Counted from the first letter of the stretch, positions 36,359 to 48,220 are shown. The stretch is DNA of 49,395 nucleotides from Octopus bimaculoides (GCF_001194135.2 NC_068981.1:103224788-103274182); one strand, 5' to 3'. Translations and numbers: made by a program. Notes: generated by a model not told the origin, from the letters alone.

Positions 36359-36696
36359 CAGTGGTTCCCAAACTATGAGTCGCGACCCACTGATGGGTCG
36401 CGAACGGAATCCTAGTGGGTCGCAAAAAGTTATAAAATTACACATTAGCTTTGATTAACTGCTGTCTATTGAGATAGTTCAAGACTCATGTTTTCAATAC
36501 CAGACTGGTTGTTTTATCAAGCAGTTGGCTTTTTTCACGAACTTAACAAATCAGAGGTTGTCATTTTCTCAAGTTATTTATTCGTACGTAATCGTAAAAA
36601 GGAAAAGTCTGTTTTTACCCAGTAGAGTTAAGTAGGTCGCCATAAACTGGTGTCATAAATAGTGGGTCGCGTCTCTAAAAAGTTTGGGAACCACTG
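36359..36696. mobile_element. Non-autonomous hAT (Charlie/Buster-like) MITE, 338 bp
   Basis: Perfect 16-bp TIRs CAGTGGTTCCCAAACT (36359-36374 and 36681-36696). 8-bp TSD ATGTAGTT with central TA (36351-36358 and 36697-36704). Repeated subterminal GGGTCGC motifs. Confidence 0.96.
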
Positions 36697-38029
36697 ATGT
36701 AGTTACCTGATGAAAGTTGATAATTAGAAGATAAGGAAGTAAATATAATGCCAAAATAACAAGAAAATTATATTAATCGCTCATAAAATACTATACAGAT
36801 ATGATTTTCTGCAGGAGTTCATGAAAAGCAACATTTCTTATGTAGGCATGAATAACACGTTTTGATCTTCTGAATTTGCAGTCTACAATTTTGAAATGTT
36901 CCTAATACTATGCCTCACCCAGTTCAGGACAAAAGATACTGCGGTAGACTGCGTGCTAAAGTAGCATCGATATTTCTTATGACTCTTGCGATGCCGGACG
37001 AATCATCTGAATTTATGAACCTTAAAATGTTATGACAAAAAGATATCAGAATGAACTTCCGAATGCAAAAGAACTGTTCGGGCTACAATAACGATGAACA
37101 GATTTCTTATAAATGATGCGATGCATGGAAAATAGTCAAATTTTATGAATACTAAAACGTGACTTAAGCATTAGAAAGTAAAGTGAACTTTGAAATACAA
37201 AATACAAACAAGGACAACTGAATAGATACGCTATTGCAGTAAGGAGAAACGCGTTTGGTTAATTTAGAAAATTCAAAACTGTTTAATTAAGCATTATGAG
37301 AAAAATAAAAAATATAAACAGAACGACTCCAGCTCGTAGCGAATGATTTAGAGAGGAACAAAATCCTAAAGAGTTATTCAACCCTAAAGAATTATTCACA
37401 AAAAAAAAAGGTTACAAAGAAAGACATGAAGCGTATCATATCTATTGATATATTATATACATTATATGTATAAACACACACACATACACACACTATATAT
37501 ACGAATATTAGTATACAAATGGATGAGTATGTCTGTAAGCGTTTTCGTATGCAAGATTGCATGGGTGTATTTAAGTGCATGCACATATTTATGTTTACAT
37601 GGATGCGTGTTGACGCATATGTATAAATATATGCGCGCGCACGCACACACACTTGCATGTATATTATGTGTGTATGTGTGTGTGTGTTTGTGCGTGCGTG
37701 CGTGCGTGTTTGTGTGTGTGTGTGTATGCGTAGGATGTCCCAGAAATATGTAATCACAGTTTAACAGCTGTGTAGACATATTTTTGGGATACTCCACAGA
37801 ATTAATTTTCATTTCTTTTTAGATTTAAACCATTAGAAACAATAGAGGAAGCCACATTAGGCTTTGAATGCAAGAAATATTTTCAGAAATGCTCCTGGAT
37901 AATTCAAATGGATGTTCAAATGCAGTGACATTTTAGGTGGGAGTTTGAAACAGATCCACTAAGGGTCTTGCAATCAACCGAATTAGAAACCATTTTGAAG
38001 CAAATTGAATTGTTCAGAATTTTCACAAA

Positions 38030-38505
38030 ACTACAGTAGATGACATTTGCCCAAGGTACTACGATGTGGAGTGGAGGCGCAATGGCCCAGTGGTTAGGGC
38101 AGCTGACTCGCGGTCATAGGATCGTGGTTTCGATTCCCGGACCGGGCGTTGTGAGTGTTTATTGAGCGGAAACACCTAAAGCTCCACGCGGCTCCGACAG
38201 GGGGTGGTGGCGAACCCTGCTGTACTCTTTCACCACAACTTTCTCTCACTCTTTCTTCCTGTTACTGTTGTGCCTGTAATTCAAAGGGTCAGCCTTGTCA
38301 CACTGTGTCACGCTGAATATCCCCGAGAACTACATTAAGGGTACACGTGTCAGTGGAGTACTCAGCCACTTGCAAGTTAATTTCACGAGCAGGCTATTCT
38401 GTTGATCGGATCAACTGGAACCCTCGACGTCGTAAGCGACGGAGTGCCAACAACAACAACTATGATGTGGGAGACTCAACCCGAAACTGCGTGGTTGGAT
38501 ACCAG
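38030..38505 (-). mobile_element. Old F1 SINE head fragment split by the F2 insertion
   Basis: Removing 38070-38470 rejoins GACATTTGCCCAAGGTACTACGATGTGG-GAGACTCAACCCGAAACTGCGTGGTTGG, which matches the reverse complement of the F1 head at 30695-30760. Confidence 0.7.
38070..38458 (+). mobile_element. tRNA-derived SINE family F2, full length, (AAC)n tail, 12-bp TSD
   Basis: A and B boxes present; TSD ACTA(C/T)GATGTGG at 38058-38069 and 38459-38470. Confidence 0.95.
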
Positions 38506-38676
38506 GTGCAAAGATTACTGCGCCCACATAACTGTTATGAAATTCATCGAACATTTGAACTTCTATTACTGTCTGTCACTGTAAAACTCATTGGAGTTAA
38601 TATAAACGTTTGATCTTTTAATCATGTTTTTCCGCTTTTTCCCTTGCAACTTTAATTTCTCTTAGATCCTTTATTT

Positions 38677-38940
38677 GTGGAGGTGCGTGGCTTAGTGCTT
38701 AGGGTGTTAGCCCCATGATCGTAAGATTGTGGTTTCGATTCCTGGACCGGGCGACGCGTTGTGTTCTTGAGCAAAACACTTCATTTCATGTTGCTCCAGT
38801 CCACTCAGCTGGCAAAAATGAGTAACGCTGCGATGGACTGGCGTCCCGTCCAGCTGGGGAACGCATACGCAATTGAAACCGGGAAACCGGGCCCATGAGC
38901 CTGGCTAGGCTTTAAAAGAGCGCAAAGAAAAGAAAGAAAC
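38677..38940 (+). mobile_element. tRNA-derived SINE family F3 with a CORE-like central domain, 9-bp TSD
   Basis: B box GGTTTCGATTCC. GTTGTGTTCTTGAGCAAAACACTTCATTTCATGTTGCTCCAGTCCACTCAGCTGGCAAAAATGAGTA resembles the MIR CORE (from memory). A-rich tail; TSD CCTTTATTT at 38668-38676 and 38941-38949. Confidence 0.9.
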
Positions 38941-39085
38941 CCTTTATTTATCTATTCATTTATTTTTTTATTTGCCATTGATAACCAAAAAGTTGTCGAA
39001 AACGGTTTGGTATGATAAATCTGTTACACAATTTAAAAACAACTATACGATTTAAGACTCAGGTGCCTTTTCAAGCCTCAAAACA

Positions 39086-39149
<64 letters not shown>

Positions 39150-39151
39150 TC

Positions 39152-39183
<32 letters not shown>

Positions 39184-39188
39184 CTCTT

Positions 39189-39219
<31 letters not shown>

Positions 39220-39220
39220 A

Positions 39221-39257
<37 letters not shown>

Positions 39258-39767
39258 TTCACACACACACACACACACACGCACAAACACACACACAAAC
39301 GCACACATATACATATGGGTCCAAATTGTACAAAAAGAACCAAAGAAGAAAAGACAGAGATAGGTGAGGGAACAACAAACAAGATGTATAGGTTTGACGC
39401 TCAGGACATTTCGATCCAACGCTCTTCTACAGAAAGGAATGAGAAGAGGAAACGGATGGAGAGAGGGGAAAAAAGAACGGAGAGAAAAAGAAAATGTGTC
39501 TAGCTTAATGATTGCACTTGATGAATTGTCCAGAAGAAAGGCAGGTAGTGGCTGGAGATACGAGTAGCAAGGTAGACAATAGTGACATGGCTAAAGCGTG
39601 TGTGCGCAAGCAAGTGTATGTGTATGTAAGGATAATGTGTGCATGTGTATATGTGTGTATGGACTAGCGCATGTGTAAGTGTGTGCGCAAGTATGAAGAT
39701 TATGTGTGTGTATGTACATGTATGGAAGCGCGCGGGTGTATGTGTGTGAGTGAACTAATTGCCACGT

Positions 39768-39986
39768 TATAAATGATTTCAAAGTTTGGCACACGGCCAG
39801 CAATTTCGGGGAGAGATAAGTTGATTACACGTATACCAGTGTTCAACTGGCACTTATTTTATGGACCCTGAAAAGATGAAAGACGAAGTCGACTTGGGCG
39901 AAATTTGAACTAAGAACATAAAGAGGGACGAAAGACTGCTAAGCATTTTGCTCGACGTGCTCAACGATTCTGCCAGCAAGACGCGT
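39768..39986 (-). mobile_element. SINE family F5
   Basis: Same conserved blocks as the other F5 copies. Confidence 0.88.
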
Positions 39987-40257
39987 TAAATGCCCACGTT
40001 AATAACAACGACTCCGCGCTCAACAAAGGGAAGTAGAATATCTATTTAATTTGTGAAGTGAAACCATCACTGATAGCTACTTGCGGTATACTTACTCAAA
40101 ATTCTCATGGGATTCATCAGGCCTCCCAATCACTCCAACAGACAACTTTCCGTTTCTACTGTGTCTGTCGACCAAATTATATATATAATTATATTCATAT
40201 TGAATTATAGATGTGTGTGAGTGTGTGCGTGCGTGCGTGTGTGTTTGTGTGTGTGTG

Positions 40258-40308
<51 letters not shown>

Positions 40309-40945
40309 ATGTGNNNNNNNNNNNNNNNNNNNNNNNNNNNNNNNNNNNNNNNNNNNNNNNNNNNNNNNNNNNNNNNNNNNNNNNNNNNNNNNNNNNNNNN
40401 NNNNNNNNNNNNNNNNNNNNNNNNNNNNNNNNNNNNNNNNNNNNNNNNNNNNNNNNNNNNNNNNNNNNNNNNNNNNNNNNNNNNNNNNNNNNNNNNNNNN
40501 NNNNNNNNNNNNNNNNNNNNNNNNNNNNNNNNNNNNNNNNNNNNNNNNNNNNNNNNNNNNNNNNNNNNNNNNNNNNNNNNNNNNNNNNNNNNNNNNNNNN
40601 NNNNNNNNNNNNNNNNNNNNNNNNNNNNNNNNNNNNNNNNNNNNNNNNNNNNNNNNNNNNNNNNNNNNNNNNNNNNNNNNNNNNNNNNNNNNNNNNNNNN
40701 NNNNNNNNNNNNNNNNNNNNNNNNNNNNNNNNNNNNNNNNNNNNNNNNNNNNNNNNNNNNNNNNNNNNNNNNNNNNNNNNNNNNNNNNNNNNNNNNNNNN
40801 NNNNNNNNNNNNNNNNNNNNNNNNNNNNNNNNNNNNNNNNNNNNNNNNNNNNNNNNNNNNNNNNNNNNNNNNNNNNNNNNNNNNNNNNNNNNNNNNNNNN
40901 NNNNNNNNNNNNNNNNNNNNNNNNNNNNNNNNNNNNNNNNNNNNN

Positions 40946-40982
<37 letters not shown>

Positions 40983-41689
40983 CATACATATGTATGTATG
41001 TGTGTGTGTAGGGAGAAAGAGACAACAAGTGACAGAAGGGCAAAAAATTAAGGGTGTGAGAAAGAGATAAAATAAAGACATCTAGAGATGTTTCAAGATA
41101 AGGAACAGAAATAGAAAAAATGCTGAGAGACAGACTTCACCAGAATTAGTGACAAACAATATTAAGCAATACAATTTCAATGCAATCTTATCTCTGTTTT
41201 TAGATTCTAGCCAAACAAGATATAATGCTCTCTCCTCATACATCCTCTGCACCTTTCTATGTTTAATTCTTTGGTTTTTTCATCTATATTTGACTTATGA
41301 CTAGCTCTCCCTCTTCCCCCCCTCTCCCTCTCTCTTTATTATATCTACACGCCCTAATGAACCTTCCTTTTTTTCGTCTTCTGTATATCTGTTGCTGTCG
41401 TGCCAGGGGTAACACTTCCTTCTTGAATCAATAAATAGGTGCCGTGCAGCGATAGAAGTGACTGCTGTAAACAATACATGAGTATAATCGATTACTTGCA
41501 GGACAGAGTTCAAATCTGAAAATTCGTCCAAGTTATTGATTCATAGCTCTGCTATAAAATAAGCATAACAGGAGGATGGGAAAAAAAGAAAAAAAGAAGA
41601 ATAACAAAACATAAAAATATAAAAGAGAATATAGTGTTTGATGAGATCACAGATGGCAACGAAAGGGGCCTGATGAACCAGTTGATAGA

Positions 41690-41949
41690 CTGATGAATGA
41701 TTGTTAATTAGTTAAAGAAGCTGAGTGCTAATAATCCTTTCTGCTACAGGCTCATTATCTGAAAGTTTGGGGGAGGCATTTGTTGATTACATCGACCTCC
41801 TGTGCTCCACTCGTACTTATTTCATCGACCAAGAACGGATGAAAAGCAAAAATCAACCTCGGCGGGATTTGTGCGCATAATATAGAGTCGGAAGAAACGC
41901 CGCTAAGCGTCTATCTGGTGTGCTAACCATTCGGCCAGCTCGCCACTTT
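41690..41949 (-). mobile_element. SINE family F5
   Basis: GATTACATCGACC...GTACTTATTTCATCGACC...GGATGAAA.GCAAA..TCAACCTCGGCGG.ATTTG...GCCAGCTCGCC. Confidence 0.86.
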
Positions 41950-42102
41950 AGGGTGACCATTGATAATAAAAGGAAGAGAAATGGAATCAGTCTTTTATTA
42001 ACAAAATGACCCTCATAAGATAAAATACCATATTTCGAGATGATTGTTAATTCAAGGAGGGCTACTGCCGTAAAGTAAGGAATTATTTTCTTGTGTTTTC
42101 AG

Positions 42103-42186
42103 ATTGGTATTAACGACAATTGCAGTATTAAGTCTGATGGTGTTCCTGCCTTTGAACATGCATACAGTTGCTGATGGAGCAAACTT
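42103..42186 (+). CDS. Candidate coding exon (phase 2-2, 84 nt), hydrophobic, product unknown
   Basis: Strong acceptor ttttcttgtgttttcag|; frame xLVLTTIAVLSLMVFLPLNMHTVADGAN(L/F); weak donor TT|GTAAAT. Confidence 0.3.
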
Positions 42187-43559
42187 GTAAATATCCTGTC
42201 TTGACTTCAAGAATAGTGTATCCCTGACTACATCGTCGAATTTGTCGTTTCTAAAAGAAAAATAAGGTGTGTTATGAAAAGATTTGGTTACTGCTGTTCC
42301 TTAGCAAGTCGTGCGGCCGCATAGAAGTCTCTTTGTTGGTACCTGTTGTCTTTGGAAAAAGCGTCATTGTAACAAACTGTCATTTCTCCATTTCATAAAG
42401 AAACTATAATGTTCATAAAAACAACTTTTTTTTCTATTTCTGAGAAAAATCTAAAAGATAACTAGTCTAAAATAACCGAGGGCTAAAATAACGATGAAAA
42501 GCAAAATCCTTATAATTCTGTATTTATATGTGTTGTGATCATGCATACGTACAGAAATTTATTAAAAAAAAAAATACCCAAGACGGAAGTCCACTTTTGT
42601 CCTTTATTAACGATATATAATGTCATGATAAAATATTGACTTCTTGCATAAGCATAGTGTAAAATCTTTAAGTCGCTGTTAACATTGCTGCTGTTGTTAT
42701 TGCTGTTGTAATTGTTGTTGTTGCTGCTTAAATCCATTCATTTTCAAGGTGAGCCTCCATTAATCAGACATTAAATCCTAAGAGGTTATACTTCATTTAG
42801 TCGACGTATTTTTATCTCCTGTCATTTGCTCGGCCTCGTCGGAAGAACAAAATTAAAATCGAGCTCGTCGTGCCAGTATTAACCAACAGGTACATATAGT
42901 TCATTCAAATTAGCTAATATTTCCTAAAACCCACCACTAGTTGCAACATATACGAAACCTGTTGGGATTTGTTCAGTAGGTTCTTCATAATGTACTAAAA
43001 GTCCCACAACATCTTTTGAGCGGAACAATGTAATTTCAGGGGTGAACTTTTGGATTTCAGGATTAGACGACCAAGGTACAGACAGGCACAGCAACACTTC
43101 TTATGAATCTATCAAGACATTTTTGGTATTCTAACCTGTCTTTGTGGTGTATCGTTCACATGGAAATGTTTGCCAAGAGGTTTGGGGCTTCTCTATACCC
43201 TTACCAGGGGTAGCCTCATCTTAACCTGCATTGTATGTGCTAGACGATTTGTATATATGTATGATATGGCATGTCCAAGTATTAGATTCTAAGGTTGGGA
43301 TGTCTGCGTTGCATGTATGACATTAGTATGGGTAGTAATATTCATAACTACATGTAGGTTTTCCTATAACGTCTGTCTTTAGACCTATATTAATATTCAA
43401 CCATTTTCTTTTCATAGTCATTATGGCAGACTGCGTATTTTGTAACAAGAAACTGAAAAATGCAGCAACAGCCACATTGGGTGATAAAAGGTTATGAAGG
43501 CATAGCAAAAACAAGTGGTGAAACTGAGTGATGTTGATCACAAAGAATGTAGAAAGAAA

Positions 43560-45851
43560 TTTTGTTATCCGAGTGAAATAGAACGGTTCAAGCGGAAACA
43601 TTCTCAGACAGTGAAACTGCCCACTCTTCACTGCAAAGAATCATTTTCATACACGAACCATTGGAGCAGGTAACAAATATGGCGGAAAAAAATTTGACTT
43701 AATTCCTGTTTTGATATTAGGTCTGGACAGCACTATTATTAAGTTTTGTGTTGACTGTAAGGATGACTGGGCAGAGAAGGTAAAAGGCCGGATTTTGTTT
43801 GCACAAAACCTTCATGGAACTGATGCTGTATACCACAAAGCCTGCCGTGTGGACTTCCGAACAGGAAAAGTGGTTCCTCAGTTCGTTGATATTGAGAGCC
43901 TGTCAAAAAAGCGGAAAGTAGGGAAACCATTGGATAAAGTTAGAATAGATGCTTTTCAAAAGGTGACAGCTTTCCTGGAGGAGAACGACGAGAAAAAGAT
44001 GACGGTTAATGCTCTCGTTAACGAAATGAAGGAGTTCCTGGAAAACACCAATCTAGAACCTTATGGTTTTACTCACGTGAAAGAGAAACTTCTTGATTAT
44101 TTTAGAGAGAGAATAATAATAACTGAAATCACTGGTATTCAAAATATTGTGACATTCCGACGTACAGCTTCCGTGATCCTGAACGACTTCTCTAAACAAC
44201 TCAAGAATAGTGATACAGAATCGGAGAAGTTGAGACTGAGAGAAACTGCGGCCAACCTCATTAGAAGTAATGTTAAGTCAGTTGTGCAACTGAAGGACAC
44301 TTACCCAACTAGTCTTGCTGTGAGTGATATCTCAGAAGCTACTAACTATATTCCAGAGTCACTACGCTTACTACTGAACACCGTATTTCTTGGAATAGAA
44401 AAACGGTTGATGGTGTGCTCATTGGAGGAAGCGATAATGCGGGCTGCCTGCCCCCAGAGTTTTGACTGCATCGTTGCAATTAAGTCTAAGTGTGCAAATG
44501 CATTCGCATTTTCCCTCAAGATTTCTGATTGACACACTGATTGCTCTGGATACTGTAGTTCATATTCAGAGGTGCAAAAGTATGAACGGAGTGCAGCTGT
44601 CAACCAGGGATTTGGCATACTGGAGTTCCTTCTTGGACAGTTTGTTCAATATGTGACCGAAAACGTGGATTATGACAGTAGGGCTCTTGACACTAGGACT
44701 CTTAAGAAATTCATATCACTTGGTTTTGAACTTGCTAGTATCAAGTATGAAGCTCTAGCAGAGGAACCCAAACACAAAGAAAGCCCCAAAATAGATCTCG
44801 TGTGGAGAACGTCCCTGTCAGTACGGTTACCAAGACAAGCATGGTCGGGGTACATGCAAATGGTAAACAACAGTGACCACCCGGGACAGTCATCCACCAT
44901 GTTCCTTCCTATGGCTGATATGAACTTGAGTGACATGACGTGTATCAACTCAACCTTACATTTCGTTACAGAGCATGCCAAGCGCATGGAGGAACTCCAG
45001 TGCTCACTTTTCATCAGCCTTTGTTGTTCAAGGCAACTACAATTGTGGAAAGTGCTGGAAAGGACAGTGATCTACATCCGATTATTTTAAGACTTAGGTG
45101 ATTTCACGCACTAACGAGCTTTCTGGGAAGCATTGGGCACTTGATGAGAGGAACAGGCCTTCAAGAAATCTTGGAACTGAACTTCGATGGGAGCATTGTT
45201 ACCCATATACTGACTGGAAACGCAGTTTCTCGTGCCATTCCCTGTCATCTCCTTATAGATTCCGTCCTTCGTGCACTTCTCTTGAGCAGCCTGTTGGGGA
45301 TCAAGTTGCCTTTATCTAATAACAGTGTACCACTGGAACTGGAGACAATAGGGAACCTCTATGATGATCTCCACTCTGGTGAAATCACGCTCAGTGATGT
45401 AGAGCCATCTTTGTACCTGTAGGATATACAATAGAAACTTGAGACCTGTTGGGATCGAGCTGCCGTACTGCACGTCTGTGACTGCAACACATGGAGATGA
45501 TAGACATCATGAGGTCATTCATGCGATCGGAGATTGGTCCCTCCATCTGGGGACGTTGCAAGCCATGCTTCCGTGCTCAGCTGACTCCAGACATAACTTG
45601 TGCACGAAGTCATTGCACCTCTATCTGTAGAAGATGACAAAACTGGAAGACCCCCTTCCCATTAATATCTACTAACAATTCATCCAGGGACTACATGTAG
45701 TCAGAAGGAATAACCGCTTCTGGGCAGGGTTGTCTCCAGACCTAGTGATCAAACAGGAACTAATGAGAAGGCTGAAGATGAGCGGAGAAGTCTGAAGACG
45801 ACCAGAGGAAGGAGAATGACGGAAACCCAAAGACTGGTCTGGTGTCTTTCA
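43560..45851 (+). pseudogene. Decayed DNA-transposon transposase gene, most likely Academ superfamily; 3'-truncated
   Basis: Collinear broken frames: DWAEKVKGRI...DAVYHKAC..DFRTGK; QMHSHFPSRFLIDTL; GYCSSYSEVQKYERSAA; GQFVQYVTENVD; WSGYMQMV...HPGQS..FLP..D; TPVLTFHQPL; LRLR*FHALTSFLGSIGHLMRGTGLQE; GDWSLHL; HVVRRNNRFWAGLSPDL; TRGRRMTETQR. Multiple frameshifts and stops. The family assignment rests on motif recall, not a search. Confidence 0.7.
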
Positions 45852-45857
45852 TATTAA

Positions 45858-46290
45858 GTCCTAATCAGGACTGCTACTTTACATTGGCAACTAGACTTTA
45901 CTCTGTAGTACTGTTACTACTTATTTGTCGGTCAGATATTTGAAACTAATTACTTCTCTCCTTACGAAATCAGTGTGTCACTTTAAAAGTATATACCTCG
46001 AGCAAGGCCTAGTGTTGTCATCTCTAGCCAAAGTTATCCTGTGCCGATGAAAGGAAATAACTCAGAAGCCATTGGTCCGCAGGTACTGTTTAAGGCTGAG
46101 TGGGGACATTAGATCCCTTGTTCCCGGTATAAGAACGTCCATAGCCAGCTGGGGAAAATGTTTTCCTGAGGCTAAAGAAAAGAAGGTAGTAACACCGTCC
46201 TAATTAGGACTGGTATTTTACGTTGACAAATAGACTTTACTCTGTAGTACTGTTACCACTTATTTCTCGCTCAGAGATTTAAAACTTTTT
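45858..46290 (+). mobile_element. Sister hammerhead-bearing tandem element (~1.3 units, period 339 nt)
   Basis: 88-nt direct repeat 45858-45945 / 46197-46284 (11 mismatches by hand). Blocks TAGCCAGCTGG, GTCCT-N4-AGGAC, GTTGACAA and CTCGCTCAGAGATTTAA are shared with 11374-12024. Confidence 0.8.
46038..46083 (+). ncRNA. Degenerate minimal type I hammerhead ribozyme
   Basis: Stem I CCTGTG/CGCAGG; core CCGATGA (U4 to C); weak stem II; GAAG (A15.1 to G); CC-ATT-GG stem III; GUC with C17 at 46077. Confidence 0.6.
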
Positions 46291-46295
46291 TTTCT

Positions 46296-46334
<39 letters not shown>

Positions 46335-46409
46335 NNNNNNNNNNNNNNNNNNNNNNNNNNNNNNNNNNNNNNNNNNNNNNNNNNNNNNNNNNNNNNNNNN
46401 NNNNNNNNN

Positions 46410-46640
46410 TATATAGTTAATCCCCCCAAACGAAGAAACAACACAAGAAAAAAAGCAACAACGCGTGGACGTGATACATGCAAACGCTCGGGGAAGGGGA
46501 GAAAGGTAGTTTTATGTTTCAAGCAAAGCTCCTCTTCAAAGACAGGAGACAGAGGAAAGTCCACGAGAAAAGGAAGATGGAGGAAAGAATCGCCAACGAT
46601 CCGCAAGTGGTTACATTTTGAATATATATAAAACCATATT
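46410..46640 (-). mobile_element. Probable Penelope-type pLTR relic with a degenerate ultra-minimal hammerhead (46543-46509)
   Basis: Minus strand GTCT TTGAAGA G GAGC-TTT-GCTT GAAA CA TA AAAC. Restoring C3 and one CpG gives CTGAAGA...GAAACGTA. Element boundaries are approximate. Confidence 0.45.
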
Positions 46641-47376
46641 TGCAACCTACAGCATTATATACACATATATTCCCTCCAAAAGTATAAGACATATCTCTCT
46701 CTATCATCAACATATAAAAGTATTAAAACATTGGAAAAGTTTTCAGTAGTATCGGGTTGAAATTGTTATTCTTCTTTCTTTAGAGACAAGAAATGATACT
46801 TCTTTGCAACGGAATCCCTTTACTCCGGCTGCTATTTGAATTGATAACTTAAATCATGCATTATATGATCGAGTTACTGCACATTTGCATCAGAAAAGTT
46901 GACTTCAATGAATTACTTGAATCTTTTCGTTTTCATTTCTTTTTACCTTTATTTTAAAGCGTCTACAACGTTAGTGAGGGCCAGGGGAATTGTGGAGGCA
47001 ATTCTCTTTTTAATTAATTCCAGTAATGTAGTGAGGCATATATATNNNNNNNNNNNNNNNNNNNNNNNNNNNNNNNNNNNNNNNNNNNNNNNNNNNNNNN
47101 NNNNNNNNNNNNNNNNNNNNNNNNNNNNNNNNNNNNNNNNNNNNNNNNNNNNNNNNNNNNNNNNNNNNNNNNNNNNNNNNNNNNNNNNNNNNNNNNNNNN
47201 NNNNNNNNNNNNNNNNNNNNNNNNNNNNNNNNNNNNNNNNNNNNNNNNNNNNNNNNNNNNNNNNNNNNNNNNNNNNNNNNNNNNNNNNNNNNNNNNNNNN
47301 NNNNNNNNNNNNNNNNNNNNNNNNNNNNNNNNNNNNNNNNNNNNNNNNNNNNNNNNNNNNNNNNNNNNNNNNNNNN

Positions 47377-47465
<89 letters not shown>

Positions 47466-47522
47466 CATATATATAGAGAGAGACAGACAGAGAGATTTGT
47501 GTGTGTGTGTACTTATACAAAA

Positions 47523-47555
<33 letters not shown>

Positions 47556-47629
47556 TAAACAGATAGATAGACAGACAGATAGATGGGTAGATAGATAGAA
47601 AGATAGATAGATAGATCGATAGACTGATC

Positions 47630-47671
<42 letters not shown>

Positions 47672-48220
47672 TAAAGATACGCAAGAAGATACAAAGGAAA
47701 AGATATATAGACGCATGCGTCTGAAGTATTGGTACAAATACTGCTTTCATACACACACACACTTACGCACACACATATATATATATGTATGTATGTATTG
47801 TATTTATGTACATGTGTGCTTGTGTGTGTGTGTTTGTGAGTATATATATATTTACATATATNNNNNNNNNNNNNNNNNNNNNNNNNNNNNNNNNNNNNNN
47901 NNNNNNNNNNNNNNNNNNNNNNNNNNNNNNNNNNNNNNNNNNNNNNNNNNNNNNNNNNNNNNNNNNNNNNNNNNNNNNNNNNNNNNNNNNNNNNNNNNNN
48001 NNNNNNNNNNNNNNNNNNNNNNNNNNNNNNNNNNNNNNNNNNNNNNNNNNNNNNNNNNNNNNNNNNNNNNNNNNNNNNNNNNNNNNNNNNNNNNNNNNNN
48101 NNNNNNNNNNNNNNNNNNNNNNNNNNNNNNNNNNNNNNNNNNNNNNNNNNNNNNNNNNNNNNNNNNNNNNNNNNNNNNNNNNNNNNNNNNNNNNNNNNNN
48201 NNNNNNNNNNNNNNNNNNNN

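Noticed and set aside
40096-40164. Possible minus-strand exon (HSRNGKLSVGVIGRPDESHENF, donor GA|GTAAGT)
   Set aside because: The donor is good but the acceptor lacks a pyrimidine tract and there is no recognisable homology. Too weak to list as a feature.
40092-41081. Long ORFs spanning N-runs (also at 5136-6090, 10405-11078, 13392-13862, 19673-20193, 33601-34146, 46899-48392)
   Set aside because: Open only because N and dinucleotide repeats contain no stop codons.
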